Of a stretch of DNA of 64,000 nt, positions 17,383 through 28,306 are shown piece after piece. Source of the stretch: Patescibacteria group bacterium (GTDB lineage: Bacteria > Patescibacteriota > Patescibacteriia > UBA2591 > UBA6264); assembly GCA_016784145.1 (NCBI GenBank), contig JADHVF010000001.1, positions 26,367 through 90,366 on the forward strand. Direction: 5' to 3'. The position numbers and the translations under genes were made by a program. Below the pieces are notes generated by a model. That model did no database searches and was not told the origin of the DNA. It saw nothing but the letters and a program-made list of their open reading frames with translations. Within the stretch, counting starts at the first letter, position 1, and each line of letters starts with the position of its first letter.

Positions 17383-19035
17383 ATGGCAAAACAAATTTTA
17401 TTTAATGAAAAAGCCAGAGAGGCTTTAAAAAAAGGTGTAGATAAATTGACTAATGCAGTCAAAGTAACGCTTGGTCCTATCGGTAGAAATGTTGCTATAG
17501 ATAAAGGGTTTGGGTCTCCAACCCTAACAAATGACGGAGTAACAGTAGCTAGGGAGATTGAATTAAAAGATAAATTTGAAAATGTTGGAGCTCAATTGCT
17601 TCAAGAAGTTGCTTCAAAGACCAATGATATTGCTGGAGACGGGACTACAACAGCTGTGTTGTTAGCTCAATCTATTATTAAAGTTGGGTTAAAAAATGTT
17701 ACTGCTGGATCAAATCCATTAATGATTAAAAGAGGAATTGATAAGGGAGTAAAAGCAGTTATTAAAGAATTAAAAGATAATATTGCGGGACCTGTCAAAA
17801 CAAAAGAAAGGATTAGACAGGTTGCTTCTATTTCTGCAAATGATGAAGAAATAGGAAAAGTTATTTCAGAGGCAATGGAGTCTGTTGGCAAAGATGGAGT
17901 AATTACTGTTGAGGAGTCACAATCTTTTGGCATGGAGCTTGATATTACAGAAGGGATGCAGTTTGATAGTGGATATGAATCTCCTTATATGGTGACTAAT
18001 GCAGATAAAATGTCGGCTGAGTATAAAGATTCATTAATTCTTTTAACAGATAAAAAAATCTCAGTTTTAAGTGAGATATTGCCTTTAATGGAAAAAATGG
18101 CTCAAGCAGGAAAAAAAGATTTAGTTATTATAGCTGACGAAATTGAAGGAGAAGCATTAGCAACATTTGTTGTTAATAAAATAAGAGGAGCGTTTAATGT
18201 TTTAGCTGTTAAGGCGCCTGGTTTTGGAGACAGGAAAAAAGAAATGTTGAAAGATTTGTCAATTTTGACTGGCGGAAAAGTTATTTCAGAAGAACTCGGC
18301 ATAAAATTAGAAAACATTGGGTTAAAAGATCTAGGCAAGGCAAGGAGAGTCATTTCTACTAAAGATTTTACTACGATTGTAGATGGCGCTGGCAGTAAAA
18401 AAGATATAGAAGATAGAATTACTAACATTAAAAAACAAATAGAGTTAAATTCTTCAGAGTTTGATAAGGAAAAATTACAAGAAAGATTAGCCAGAATGGC
18501 AGGAGGAGTAGCTATTATTAAAGTTGGAGCTGTGACAGAAACAGAGATGAAAGAAAAAAAATTCAAGGTTGAAGATGCTGTCAACGCTACTAAGGCTGCT
18601 GTTGAAGAAGGAGTTGTAGTTGGAGGAGGAGTGGCTTTAATTCGTTGTTTACCTTGTTTAGATAATGTGCGTGTTTTTGGGGACGAAAGAATTGGTATAA
18701 AAATATTAAAAAGAGCATTAGAAGAGCCATTAAGGCAAATAGCTGATAATTCAGGTAAAGATGGTGGAGTTATTTCAGAAAAGGTTAAAAAAAATCAGGG
18801 AAATTATGGATATAATGCACATACAAACAAGTTTGAAGATTTGGTGGAAACAGGTGTTATTGACCCAACCAAAGTAACCAGAACAGCATTGGAAAATGCA
18901 GCTTCTATTGCTTCGTTATTTTTAACAACAGAAGCAATTATAACTGATGAACCAGCTGAGGAAGGAAATACTTGTGGCACTTCCCCTGCTTCTGCAGGAG
19001 GAGGAATGCCAGGCATGATGCCAGGCATGATGTAA
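17383..19035 (+). CDS. groEL: Chaperonin GroEL
   Basis: [13 protein letters not shown], the (A)[13 protein letters not shown]-terminal tail, 550 aa. Confidence 0.95.
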   Translation: MAKQILFNEKAREALKKGVDKLTNAVKVTLGPIGRNVAIDKGFGSPTLTNDGVTVAREIELKDKFENVGAQLLQEVASKTNDIAGDGTTTAVLLAQSIIKVGLKNVTAGSNPLMIKRGIDKGVKAVIKELKDNIAGPVKTKERIRQVASISANDEEIGKVISEAMESVGKDGVITVEESQSFGMELDITEGMQFDSGYESPYMVTNADKMSAEYKDSLILLTDKKISVLSEILPLMEKMAQAGKKDLVIIADEIEGEALATFVVNKIRGAFNVLAVKAPGFGDRKKEMLKDLSILTGGKVISEELGIKLENIGLKDLGKARRVISTKDFTTIVDGAGSKKDIEDRITNIKKQIELNSSEFDKEKLQERLARMAGGVAIIKVGAVTETEMKEKKFKVEDAVNATKAAVEEGVVVGGGVALIRCLPCLDNVRVFGDERIGIKILKRALEEPLRQIADNSGKDGGVISEKVKKNQGNYGYNAHTNKFEDLVETGVIDPTKVTRTALENAASIASLFLTTEAIITDEPAEEGNTCGTSPASAGGGMPGMMPGMM

Positions 19036-19056
19036 ATTAGATAAATTATTCTAAAG

Positions 19057-19090
19057 AAGAGGACTTAATTTCTTTTAGGTCCTCTTTTTT
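19057..19090 (+). terminator. Terminator after groEL
   Basis: An 8-bp stem pairs aagaggac with gtcctctt and is followed by tttttt. Confidence 0.55.
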
Positions 19091-19153
19091 ATCTTGTTAT
19101 ATTTTTGTATAATGTTATAATTTGTTATAATATAAAATATAATTTATAGATTT

Positions 19154-19543
19154 ATGACCCTTAAAAGATATCTCAATTTAATGGTAATATTAACAATTAT
19201 TTGCTGGGCTTTATGTCTTTTAGTGCTTGTATTTATTAATCCATGGAAAACAGGATTAAATGGATATGTGCTTTTTTATGCAAGTTTATTTTTGGCAATA
19301 ATTGGCACATTGGCTTTATTGGGATTTGTTATAAGGGCAAAAATTGGAAAGAAAAAGCCAGTATTTAAACAAGTGGAAGTGTCTTTTAGGCAGGCAATTT
19401 GGACATCTTTTTTAATTATTGGTGTTTTAATTCTGTTGAGTTTAAGGATTTTAAGATGGTGGAATTTTTTATTTATGATTTTATTTTTTATAGCTTTGGA
19501 GCTTTTTTTCCTCACTTCTAGTAAAAAATATAAATATGATTAA
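19154..19543 (+). CDS. Hypothetical polytopic membrane protein
   Basis: 129 aa with 4 predicted TM segments. Overlaps the pheS start by 8 nt. Confidence 0.4.
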   Translation: MTLKRYLNLMVILTIICWALCLLVLVFINPWKTGLNGYVLFYASLFLAIIGTLALLGFVIRAKIGKKKPVFKQVEVSFRQAIWTSFLIIGVLILLSLRILRWWNFLFMILFFIALELFFLTSSKKYKYD

Positions 19544-20576
19544 TAAAATTGAAGCAATTAAAAAGAAAGCAATTGAAGAAATTGATAAAGCAAAAAACAT
19601 AGAGTTGCTTGCCAAAATTTGGAGAAAATATTTTGGCAGAAAGAACGGAGAGCTTAGTAATATTTTAAGAGATATTAAAAATATTCCCAAAAACAGAAGA
19701 AAAGAAGTTGGTTCTTTTGCAAACAAGAGCAAGCTTATAATTGAAAACAATATAGCTAGTAAGAAACAAGAATTAAGTTTATCAACCAAATCTTCTTTAA
19801 TTGATAAAATAGATATTACTTTGCCTGGCAAAAACATAGATTTCGGTCACTTACACCCCATTACTCAGATTAGACGTAAAGTATCTGAGATTTTTTCCTC
19901 CATGGGATTTGAGATTTTAGAAGGATATGAATTAGAGACAGATTATTATAATTTTGAAGCATTGAATATTCCGGCCGGGCATCCAGCCAGAGATATGTGG
20001 GACACATTTTGGTTGTCTGAAGACAAGAATTCAAAGAAAAAAGATAAATTTTTATTACGAACACATACATCTCCTATGCAAGCTAGAGTAATGGAAAAAA
20101 AAGACCCACCATTGCGAGTAATTGTGCCTGGTAGATGTTTTAGGCCAGAAGCAACTGATGCATCTCATGAGCATACATTTTATCAATTGGAAGGGTTTGT
20201 TGTTGATGAAGACATTACAATTTCTAACTTAATATATACATTAAGAAGTTTTCTCTCTTCTTTATTTAAAGAAAGCATTGAAGTAAGATTGAGGCCGGGT
20301 TATTTTCCTTTTGTTGAACCAGGGTTTGAATTAGATTTTCAATGCGTTTTTTGTAAGGGAAGGGGATGTTCTGTTTGTAAAAAAACTGGGTGGGTTGAAC
20401 TAATACCTTGTGGAATGATACATCCAAAAGTTTTTGAACACGCGGGTTATAAAAAAGGAAAATACACTGGATTTGCTTTTGGGGCTGGGCTTGACAGAGT
20501 TGTAATGATGAAAGCAAGAATTGATGATATTAGGTGGTTTCATAAAGGTGATTTAAGATTTATAAAACAATTTTAA
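19536..20576 (+). CDS. pheS: Phenylalanyl-tRNA synthetase alpha subunit
   Basis: Class II motifs FRPEATDASHEHTFYQLEG and GFAFGAGLDR. Confidence 0.9.
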   Translation: MINKIEAIKKKAIEEIDKAKNIELLAKIWRKYFGRKNGELSNILRDIKNIPKNRRKEVGSFANKSKLIIENNIASKKQELSLSTKSSLIDKIDITLPGKNIDFGHLHPITQIRRKVSEIFSSMGFEILEGYELETDYYNFEALNIPAGHPARDMWDTFWLSEDKNSKKKDKFLLRTHTSPMQARVMEKKDPPLRVIVPGRCFRPEATDASHEHTFYQLEGFVVDEDITISNLIYTLRSFLSSLFKESIEVRLRPGYFPFVEPGFELDFQCVFCKGRGCSVCKKTGWVELIPCGMIHPKVFEHAGYKKGKYTGFAFGAGLDRVVMMKARIDDIRWFHKGDLRFIKQF

Positions 20577-20577
20577 T

Positions 20578-22908
20578 ATGGACTTATCTTATAACTGGTT
20601 AAAACAACTTACTAAAACTAAAAAAACTCCAAAGCAGTTGGCAGATATTTTTAGTATGCATACGGCTGAAGTTGAAAGAGTAACCAAGCCAATAGATTGC
20701 TTGAAAGATTTAATAGTTGCTGAAATTATTAAAATAGCTAAACATCCGAATGCAGATAAGTTAAAAATTGTAACAGTAAAAACAGTTGTTAATAAAAAAA
20801 ATAAAATATTTAAAATAGTTTGTGGAGATTTAAATATTAAAAACAAGCAAAAAGTACCATTGGCATTATCAGGAACAAAACTTATTAATGACCTAGAAAT
20901 AACCAAAAGCACTATCAGGGGAATAAAATCAGATGGAATGCTTTGTGCAGAGGATGAAATGGGAATAGGTAGTGACCATGAAGGGATTTATGTTTTTCCT
21001 AAAAACATAAAAGTAGGCATGAGGGTTGACAAGGCATTGGGACTTGATGATTCTATTTTGGAAATAGAGAATAAATCAATTACTCATAGAGCAGATTTAT
21101 TTAATCATATTGGTTTTGCTAGAGAAATGGCAGTATTGGGGGTTGGCAATTTTGATGAATCTTTATTTGACAAGCAAAAGAAATTAAACCTAAAAACAAA
21201 TATCAATTTAGATATTAAGGTTAAAGATAATATTTCCTGCTCAAGATATATGGCGATTGTGATGGATAATATAAAAATTGAACCATCTCCAAGATGGATG
21301 CAAGAGAAATTAATGTGTTTAGGGCTTAAGCCAATAAATAATGTGGTTGATATTACGAATTATATTTTAAATGAAATTGGACAGCCATTACATGCATTTG
21401 ATTTTGATAGAATTTCAGGTAATAAAATTTTAATTCGCCCGGCGGTTAATAAAGAGAAATTATTATTATTAGATGGTCAAGAATATAGTTTAAATAAAAA
21501 TGATTTAATAATTTCTGACAAAAATAGACCAATTGCTTTGGCTGGTATAATGGGAGGAGAGTTTTCAGGCATAAACAATAATACAACTACAATTGTTATT
21601 GAGTCGGCTAATTTTAATGGTCCTATGATAAGGAGAAGTTCCAGGATTTCGGGGATTAGAACAGATTCTTCTATTAGGTTTGAAAAAGGTTTGCCGATTA
21701 ATTTTCCAGCCATTGGACTACTAAGAGCTGTTGAACTAATAAAACAATTAGCACAAGGTAGAGTGATTAGTAAAATATATGATATTCAAAGTGAGACTGC
21801 TTCTAAAAAAATAAAAAAACCAGTTAATATAAAGTTTAATTTTGATGAGGCAGCTAAATTTATTGGTAGTAAAATAAATAAACAAGCAGTAATTTTAATT
21901 TTGAAAAAGTTAGGGTGTAAAATAATTTTAAATCAAAAACAAAGTATAACTATTATTCCTCCAATTCATAGACCGGATTTAAATATTTTTCCAGATATAA
22001 TTGAAGAAATAATTAGAGTTCAAGGGACGACTAATATTGTCCCAAAACCAATAAAAACAGAATTAAAGCCAGTTTTATTAAGTGATGACTTCTTTTTAGA
22101 TGATAAGTTAAAAAATATTTTAGTTGGGATTGGATTTGATGAAGTTTATAATTATTCTTTTTATGGAGATTCAGGATTGAATAATTTTATTGTTGGGAAT
22201 TTATATCATAAAAAAATAAAAAATCCTTTAAATCCAGAACAAAAATATTTAAGAGTGAGTTTAATTCCAGGACTTCTAAAAAATGCTGTTAATAATTCTA
22301 AATATTTTTCAAAATTTAAAATTTTTGAAACTGGTAAAGTATTCTTAAAAAAAGAAGAAAAAAATATAGCTGGATTGATTTTTGGGAAATATAAAAATAT
22401 TTATCTTGAGATAAAAGGAGTAGTTGAATTATTTTTAGACAAAATAAGGATTAGTAAAAATAATTTGGAATATAAAACCAAATCAAATAATATTGTAGAA
22501 ATATTTTATAAAAAAAAGAAAATAGGCGTTATTGTAACCATTGACAAGCAAACAGCTGTTTTTGAATGTAATATCAATTTTTTGGATAATTTAAGAGATA
22601 AACAAGGTTTTTATAAACCAATTTCTCTTTTTCCTTCCATTAAAAGAGATATGGCATTTTTAATTGAGAAAAAAAATAAATGGAAAGATATTTTTGATAC
22701 AGTCAATAACATTGACCCATTAATTAAATCAGTTGATTTATTTGATGTTTTTGAAGATAAAAAATTCAAAAACAAACAAAGTATTGCTTTTCGTCTTATT
22801 TTTCAATCTAATAAAAAAACAATTGAGTCTGAAGAGGTTGATAGAATTCAATCAGTCATTACAACCAGGTTGGCTAAAAAATTTAAGGCAAAATTAAGAG
22901 ATTTTTAG
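20578..22908 (+). CDS. pheT: Phenylalanyl-tRNA synthetase beta subunit
   Basis: N-terminal tRNA-binding domain (KHPNADKLKIVTV), B3/B4 and B5 regions, 776 aa. ATG overlaps the pheS stop. Confidence 0.85.
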   Translation: MDLSYNWLKQLTKTKKTPKQLADIFSMHTAEVERVTKPIDCLKDLIVAEIIKIAKHPNADKLKIVTVKTVVNKKNKIFKIVCGDLNIKNKQKVPLALSGTKLINDLEITKSTIRGIKSDGMLCAEDEMGIGSDHEGIYVFPKNIKVGMRVDKALGLDDSILEIENKSITHRADLFNHIGFAREMAVLGVGNFDESLFDKQKKLNLKTNINLDIKVKDNISCSRYMAIVMDNIKIEPSPRWMQEKLMCLGLKPINNVVDITNYILNEIGQPLHAFDFDRISGNKILIRPAVNKEKLLLLDGQEYSLNKNDLIISDKNRPIALAGIMGGEFSGINNNTTTIVIESANFNGPMIRRSSRISGIRTDSSIRFEKGLPINFPAIGLLRAVELIKQLAQGRVISKIYDIQSETASKKIKKPVNIKFNFDEAAKFIGSKINKQAVILILKKLGCKIILNQKQSITIIPPIHRPDLNIFPDIIEEIIRVQGTTNIVPKPIKTELKPVLLSDDFFLDDKLKNILVGIGFDEVYNYSFYGDSGLNNFIVGNLYHKKIKNPLNPEQKYLRVSLIPGLLKNAVNNSKYFSKFKIFETGKVFLKKEEKNIAGLIFGKYKNIYLEIKGVVELFLDKIRISKNNLEYKTKSNNIVEIFYKKKKIGVIVTIDKQTAVFECNINFLDNLRDKQGFYKPISLFPSIKRDMAFLIEKKNKWKDIFDTVNNIDPLIKSVDLFDVFEDKKFKNKQSIAFRLIFQSNKKTIESEEVDRIQSVITTRLAKKFKAKLRDF

Positions 22909-22915
22909 AAAATAT

Positions 22916-23905
22916 ATGAAATATGATATTATTACAATTGGAGGAGCTATGAGAGATATCTTTTTTTATACAAAAGAAGGGAAAATCATAGAAACCCCTA
23001 AAGACAGGTTATGTGATAGCATAATCGGCTTTGAAGTTGGCTCAAAAGCATATATTGATAAGGTTTATTTTCAGGGTGGCGGAGGAGCAAATAATACGGC
23101 GGCTGGTTTTGCAAGCATGGGTATAAAAACAGGAATCATAGCTAGAGTAGGCGATGATAAAGAAGGAGAGTCCTTGTTATTGGAGATGAACAAGAGAAAA
23201 ATAAGCACAGATTTAATGCAAATAGATAAAAAAAATAGCACAGGCTTTTCTTTTATTCTTGGGCTTACTAGGAAAAGAAAGCATGTGATTTTTGCTTATA
23301 GGGGAGCTAGTGATTATTTTGTTTTCCCTTTTAATTCATATAAATCATTAAAAGCAAGTTGGTTTTATATATCTTCGTTAAGTTGTGTTGATTGGCCAGT
23401 AGCCATGAAAAATATTTTTAAAGTAATTAAAGCATCAAAAACATTAGTTGGTTGGAACCCAACTAATGTACAGATAAGCTCAGGCTATAATGGTTTGAAA
23501 AAATTTTTACAAATGACAGATGTTTTTGTTTTGAATGAAGACGAAGCAAGGGAATTAGTTCTTTCCAGAAAAAAAATTAAAGATTTAAATGTGCGCTCTC
23601 TTATTAAGGAAATTTATGATATGGGGCCTAAAATTGTTGTAATTACAGTTGGGCCAAGAGGAGCTTATGCTTATAATGGGCAGAAAATTTTTTATCAAAT
23701 GGAAATGCCTGCTAAAGTAATTAATGCCACGGGCGCGGGTGATTCTTTTTCTTCAGGTTTTATTGGTAGTTTATTTTATCATCCCGGAGATATAAGCAAT
23801 GCTTTGCGCTGGGGGGTGGCAAATTCTACTTCAGTAATAAAAAAAACAGGGGCACAAATAGGCCTCTTAAATAAGCGTCAAATAAATAAATATCCTGATA
23901 TTTAG
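22916..23905 (+). CDS. PfkB-family carbohydrate kinase (ribokinase-like)
   Basis: The N-terminal GG motif is GGGGANNTAAGFASMG. The C-terminal ATP/anion-hole motif is GAGDSFSSGF. Confidence 0.7.
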   Translation: MKYDIITIGGAMRDIFFYTKEGKIIETPKDRLCDSIIGFEVGSKAYIDKVYFQGGGGANNTAAGFASMGIKTGIIARVGDDKEGESLLLEMNKRKISTDLMQIDKKNSTGFSFILGLTRKRKHVIFAYRGASDYFVFPFNSYKSLKASWFYISSLSCVDWPVAMKNIFKVIKASKTLVGWNPTNVQISSGYNGLKKFLQMTDVFVLNEDEARELVLSRKKIKDLNVRSLIKEIYDMGPKIVVITVGPRGAYAYNGQKIFYQMEMPAKVINATGAGDSFSSGFIGSLFYHPGDISNALRWGVANSTSVIKKTGAQIGLLNKRQINKYPDI

Positions 23906-23910
23906 AAATT

Positions 23911-25773
23911 ATGAAAAAAATAAAAACACCTTTAGATAAACTTCATAATCTTTATGTTAAAGATTATGAAAAACTTTATAAAGAGTCGATTGATAATCCA
24001 AATAAGTTTTGGGAGAAAATTGCTAATGAATTGGAATGGTATAAGCCATGGAGAAAGGCTTTGAAGTGGAGACGATTATTTGCTAAATGGTTTGTTGGGG
24101 CTAAATGTAATATTATTCATAATGCAATAGATAGACACATTAATTCAGGTAATGGGAACAAGACAGCCTTACTATGGGAGGGACAAGATGGCACAGAAAG
24201 AAAGTTTTCTTATAATGAACTAAATGAACAAGTATGTAAAACAGCTAATGCTTTTAAGAGCTTGGGGATAACTAAAGGAGATAGAATAAGTATTTATTTA
24301 CCAAGAGTGCCAGAACAAATAATTGCAATGCTTGCTTCTGCTAAAATAGGAGCAATTCATAGTGTTGTTTATTGTGGCTTTAGCGTAGAAGCATTAAAAA
24401 CAAGAGTTAAAGATGCTAATGCTAAAATTGTAATTACCACGGATGGCTATAATTATCATGAAAAACTTATAAAAACAAAAGAAATTGTTGATAAAGCAAT
24501 TAAAGACATAGTTAGTGTCAAAACATTGTTAGTAGTTAGAAGATTGGGAAACAAAGTAGACATGAAAGACTCAAGAGATATTTATTATGATGAATTAATT
24601 GCTCAACAAAGTTCAAAATGTAAGACAGAACAATTAAGCTCTGACACGCCCTTGTTTATTTTATATACTTCTGGAACAACTGGAAAACCAAAAGGAGTGA
24701 TACATGTTCATGGTGGATATATGGTCGGAATTTATATTACCCTCAAGTGGATTTTTAATATTCATTCAAATGATGTTTGGTGGTGCACTGCAGACCCTGG
24801 TTGGATTACAGGTCATTCGTATATTGCTTATGCTCCCTTTATATGTGGGACAACCCAGTTTTTTTATGAAGGTCCACCATTGTATCCTACTCCTGGAAAA
24901 TGGTGGGAATTGATTGAAAAATATAAGGTTACAAAATTTTATAGTACTCCAACGGCTATTCGTGCTTCAATGAAATATGGAGAAAAATGGCCTCAAAAAT
25001 ATAGCTTAGATTCCCTTAAAATACTTGGCAGTGTTGGCGAACCAATTAATCCAGAGGCTTGGCATTGGTATTATAAGTACATAGGGCAAAACAGATGTCC
25101 AATAATGGATACTTGGTGGCAGACAGAAACAGGCATGCAGATGATAACTAGTTTTCCTGTAACAGAATTAAAACCAGGCTCAGCTGGCAGACCATTTTTT
25201 GGAGTTAAGGCAGAGGTTGTTGATAAAAATGGAAAACAGCTACCAGTTAATAAAGATGGCTTTTTAGTTATTAAATCACAATGGCCAGCCATGCTTAGAA
25301 CTTTATATAAAAATAAAAAAAGATATAAAAAAGTATATTTCAAGGAGATAAAAGGGGCATTTTTTGCTGGAGATGCAGCTAAAATAGATGAAGATGGTTA
25401 TTTTTGGATACAAGGGAGAACAGATGATGTTTTAAAGGTATCGGGATATAGATTTGGCACAGCTGAATTAGAGAGCGCTTTCGTGAGTTATCCAGACATT
25501 GTTGAAGCAGCTGTAATAGGTGTTCCTGACGAGATTAAGGGAGAAGCAATTAAAGCATTTGTTATTTTAAAACAAGGTTGTGAAAAATCAGAAGAATTAA
25601 AAAAGAAAATTGCTAATCATGTCAGAACAGAAGTTGGTCCAATTGCTAAACCAAGAGAAATTGATTTTGTTGATTCTTTACCAAAAACAAGAAGTGGCAA
25701 AATTATGAGAAGGATACTAAAGGCAAAAGAGTTGGGGAAAGAGATAGGAGATACATCGACTTTAGAAAATTAA
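23911..25773 (+). CDS. acs: Acetyl-CoA synthetase (AMP-forming)
   Basis: AMP-binding motif YTSGTTGKPKGV, WWQTETG, YFAGDAA and C-terminal SLPKTRSGKIMRR. 620 aa. Confidence 0.75.
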   Translation: MKKIKTPLDKLHNLYVKDYEKLYKESIDNPNKFWEKIANELEWYKPWRKALKWRRLFAKWFVGAKCNIIHNAIDRHINSGNGNKTALLWEGQDGTERKFSYNELNEQVCKTANAFKSLGITKGDRISIYLPRVPEQIIAMLASAKIGAIHSVVYCGFSVEALKTRVKDANAKIVITTDGYNYHEKLIKTKEIVDKAIKDIVSVKTLLVVRRLGNKVDMKDSRDIYYDELIAQQSSKCKTEQLSSDTPLFILYTSGTTGKPKGVIHVHGGYMVGIYITLKWIFNIHSNDVWWCTADPGWITGHSYIAYAPFICGTTQFFYEGPPLYPTPGKWWELIEKYKVTKFYSTPTAIRASMKYGEKWPQKYSLDSLKILGSVGEPINPEAWHWYYKYIGQNRCPIMDTWWQTETGMQMITSFPVTELKPGSAGRPFFGVKAEVVDKNGKQLPVNKDGFLVIKSQWPAMLRTLYKNKKRYKKVYFKEIKGAFFAGDAAKIDEDGYFWIQGRTDDVLKVSGYRFGTAELESAFVSYPDIVEAAVIGVPDEIKGEAIKAFVILKQGCEKSEELKKKIANHVRTEVGPIAKPREIDFVDSLPKTRSGKIMRRILKAKELGKEIGDTSTLEN

Positions 25774-25787
25774 GATATCAGCTAAAT

Positions 25788-26864
25788 ATGAATGATACTA
25801 AAATAACAATAGTCATTATAAATTATAATGGATTAAAATATCTCCCTGATTGTTTTGATAGTTTGAGCCAGCAAACATTTTTGCCTATTAAAGTTATTGT
25901 TGTGGATAACAATTCAATTGATGGCAGTAGAGATTATTTAAAAAAATGGAAAACAAGTAAGTTTAAGTTTGAAATTATTTTAAATAAAAAAAATAGAGGA
26001 TTTGCGGAAGCAAACAATCAAGCAATGATAGAAGATCTTAATAGTCGTGATTCTAGTGATTATATTTTTATGTTAAATCAGGATACTGTTATGGACAAAA
26101 ATTGCCTACTTGAATTATCAAGCCAGGCAAGTTTTTTTTCAAGAAAAAAGATTTTTGCATGGCAACCATTAATTCTATGTTTTTCAGATAAAAAATTAAT
26201 TCAAACATCGGGAGACAAGATTCATTTTTTAGGATTTGGTTATTCAGGAGATTTTAAAAAGCCAATAACTGAATTTTTAGCCACCAAAACATCTGAATTT
26301 CCTAGTATTACATATGCTTCTGGAGCAGGTATGTTTATAAATACAAAAGCATTAAAGCAAGTGGGATTACTGGACAAGGATTTGTTTATGTATCACGAAG
26401 ATTTAGACATTTGTCTTAGAGCGAGATTTTTAGGATATGATATTTTATTAAATGACAAGGCAATTGTTTATCATAAATATACAGAAGAAATTTCAAATCT
26501 TCGTTGGTACTGGTCAGAAAGAAATAGACAATTAACTTTATTAAAATTTTATAAAACAAGTACACTGCTATTGCTTTATCCGTTGATTTGGGCAATGGAT
26601 ACAGGCGTTTTATTTTTTAGTATTTTTGATGGTTGGGGGCGCTTGAAAATAAAAAGTTATTTTTCCTGTTCTTTACAAATATTTAAGGTATTAAAAAAAA
26701 GAAAAAGGATCCAGGGGTCTAGAAAAATTAATGACAAAGAATTTGCTACCTTGTTGGAAAGTAAATTTGATTTTGCTGGCTTTGAACATCCTTTAATAAA
26801 ATATTTAGTAAATCCAATCTTTGGCTTTATTTGGAATATTTTAAAAAAAATTATTATATGGTAA
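25788..26864 (+). CDS. Family-2 glycosyltransferase
   Basis: ITIVIINYNGLKYLPDCFDSL...VIVVDNNSIDGS is a GT2 N-terminus with DxD-type motifs. Confidence 0.7.
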   Translation: MNDTKITIVIINYNGLKYLPDCFDSLSQQTFLPIKVIVVDNNSIDGSRDYLKKWKTSKFKFEIILNKKNRGFAEANNQAMIEDLNSRDSSDYIFMLNQDTVMDKNCLLELSSQASFFSRKKIFAWQPLILCFSDKKLIQTSGDKIHFLGFGYSGDFKKPITEFLATKTSEFPSITYASGAGMFINTKALKQVGLLDKDLFMYHEDLDICLRARFLGYDILLNDKAIVYHKYTEEISNLRWYWSERNRQLTLLKFYKTSTLLLLYPLIWAMDTGVLFFSIFDGWGRLKIKSYFSCSLQIFKVLKKRKRIQGSRKINDKEFATLLESKFDFAGFEHPLIKYLVNPIFGFIWNILKKIIIW

Positions 26865-27130
26865 TTTTTTTAATTTATAATTCTTAATATAGTTGTAGTC
26901 ATTTTGAGAAAGATTATAAGCCCTTTAATATCAGTAGCAGTAGTTACAAAAATAGAAGAACCTAGAGTTGGATCCAGGTTTATTTTTTTTAAAATATTTA
27001 GAGCAGAATAGTTTGCTCTTTTTCTATGAAGTCATAATAATATTTCTTGATTCTACAAAATAGTAATTTTTGGCTTAAAAGTCAATTTTATCTTGCTTTT
27101 TAAGTTAATTTTAAATATAATAAAAGTTAT

Positions 27131-28306
27131 ATGAGCATGAAAATAGCCCACATTGTTTCAACTTTTCTACCATATAAGGGAGGCATGGGAAATGTTTGTT
27201 TGAAAGAAGCAGAGGCCATGGCCAAACAAGGGCATAAAATTATTGTTTTTACTCTTGATAAAGGGAAAAGGAGTAATACTAAAATAGATAATCTCAACAT
27301 TGAATACATAAAACCAATCTTTAGATATGGCAACACTGGTTTTGTGCCGAATATTTATAAAAAATTAAAACAATTTGACATTATTCATATCCACTGGCCA
27401 TTTATTGGTGGAGCAGATGTGGTTATTTTGTGGAAATATATTAGCAGAAGCAAAATTCCAGTGGTTGTTCAGTATGACATGGATTTAGTAGATACTGGCA
27501 TAAGAGGGGTTGTCTTTAATATTTACAATACTTTTTTTAATTTTTTGTTTGCAAGAATTGCTGATAAAATAATTGTTAATTCTTTTGACTATGCTCGTCA
27601 TACAAATATAAAGAAATATTTAAAAAAATATAAAGAAAAATTTTTACAAATTCCTCATGGTGTTGATGATAAAAGGTTTTATCCATCTAAAAAAAATGAG
27701 GAATTATTAAAAAAATATAATATTCAAAAACAAGATAAAGTTATTTTATTTGTAGGTGGACTTGATAGAGCTCATTATTTTAAAGGCATTGGTATTTTAA
27801 TAAAAGCATATCAAAAATTGATATTAGAATATAAAATCAGGGGAGTAAAATTATTAATTATTGGTAAAGGGGATTTACTTGTTAAATATAAAAAATTAGC
27901 AAATAAGTTAAATATAAGTAGAAATATAATTTTTACTGGTAGCGTTTCAGATGAATCTTTGCCAGATTATTATAATTTATCAGATATTTTTGTATTAGCA
28001 TCAACAACAAGATCAGAATCATTTGGTCTTGTTTTGCTTGAAGCAATGGCTTGTCAAAAGCCAGTTATAGTATCAAATCTTCCTGGGCCAAGGAAGCTGG
28101 TTAAAGATAATGGTCTTGTTTTTGAAATAAATGATTATAAAGATTTGGCAAGGAAAATAAAAGCATTGCTAAAAGACGAGATTAAAAGAGAATATTTTGG
28201 AGAACAAAGTTTAGTTTTGGTTAAAGAAAAATATCAATGGCAAAAAATAAACAAAGAACTAGGTCAAGTTTATGAAAAAATTATCAATAATCAAAGAAAT
28301 AAATAA
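27131..28306 (+). CDS. Family-4 (GT-B) glycosyltransferase
   Basis: N-terminal KIAHIVSTFLPYKGGMGNVCLKEA...GHKIIVFT and C-terminal EAMACQKPVIVSN (E-x7-E region). Confidence 0.7.
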   Translation: MSMKIAHIVSTFLPYKGGMGNVCLKEAEAMAKQGHKIIVFTLDKGKRSNTKIDNLNIEYIKPIFRYGNTGFVPNIYKKLKQFDIIHIHWPFIGGADVVILWKYISRSKIPVVVQYDMDLVDTGIRGVVFNIYNTFFNFLFARIADKIIVNSFDYARHTNIKKYLKKYKEKFLQIPHGVDDKRFYPSKKNEELLKKYNIQKQDKVILFVGGLDRAHYFKGIGILIKAYQKLILEYKIRGVKLLIIGKGDLLVKYKKLANKLNISRNIIFTGSVSDESLPDYYNLSDIFVLASTTRSESFGLVLLEAMACQKPVIVSNLPGPRKLVKDNGLVFEINDYKDLARKIKALLKDEIKREYFGEQSLVLVKEKYQWQKINKELGQVYEKIINNQRNK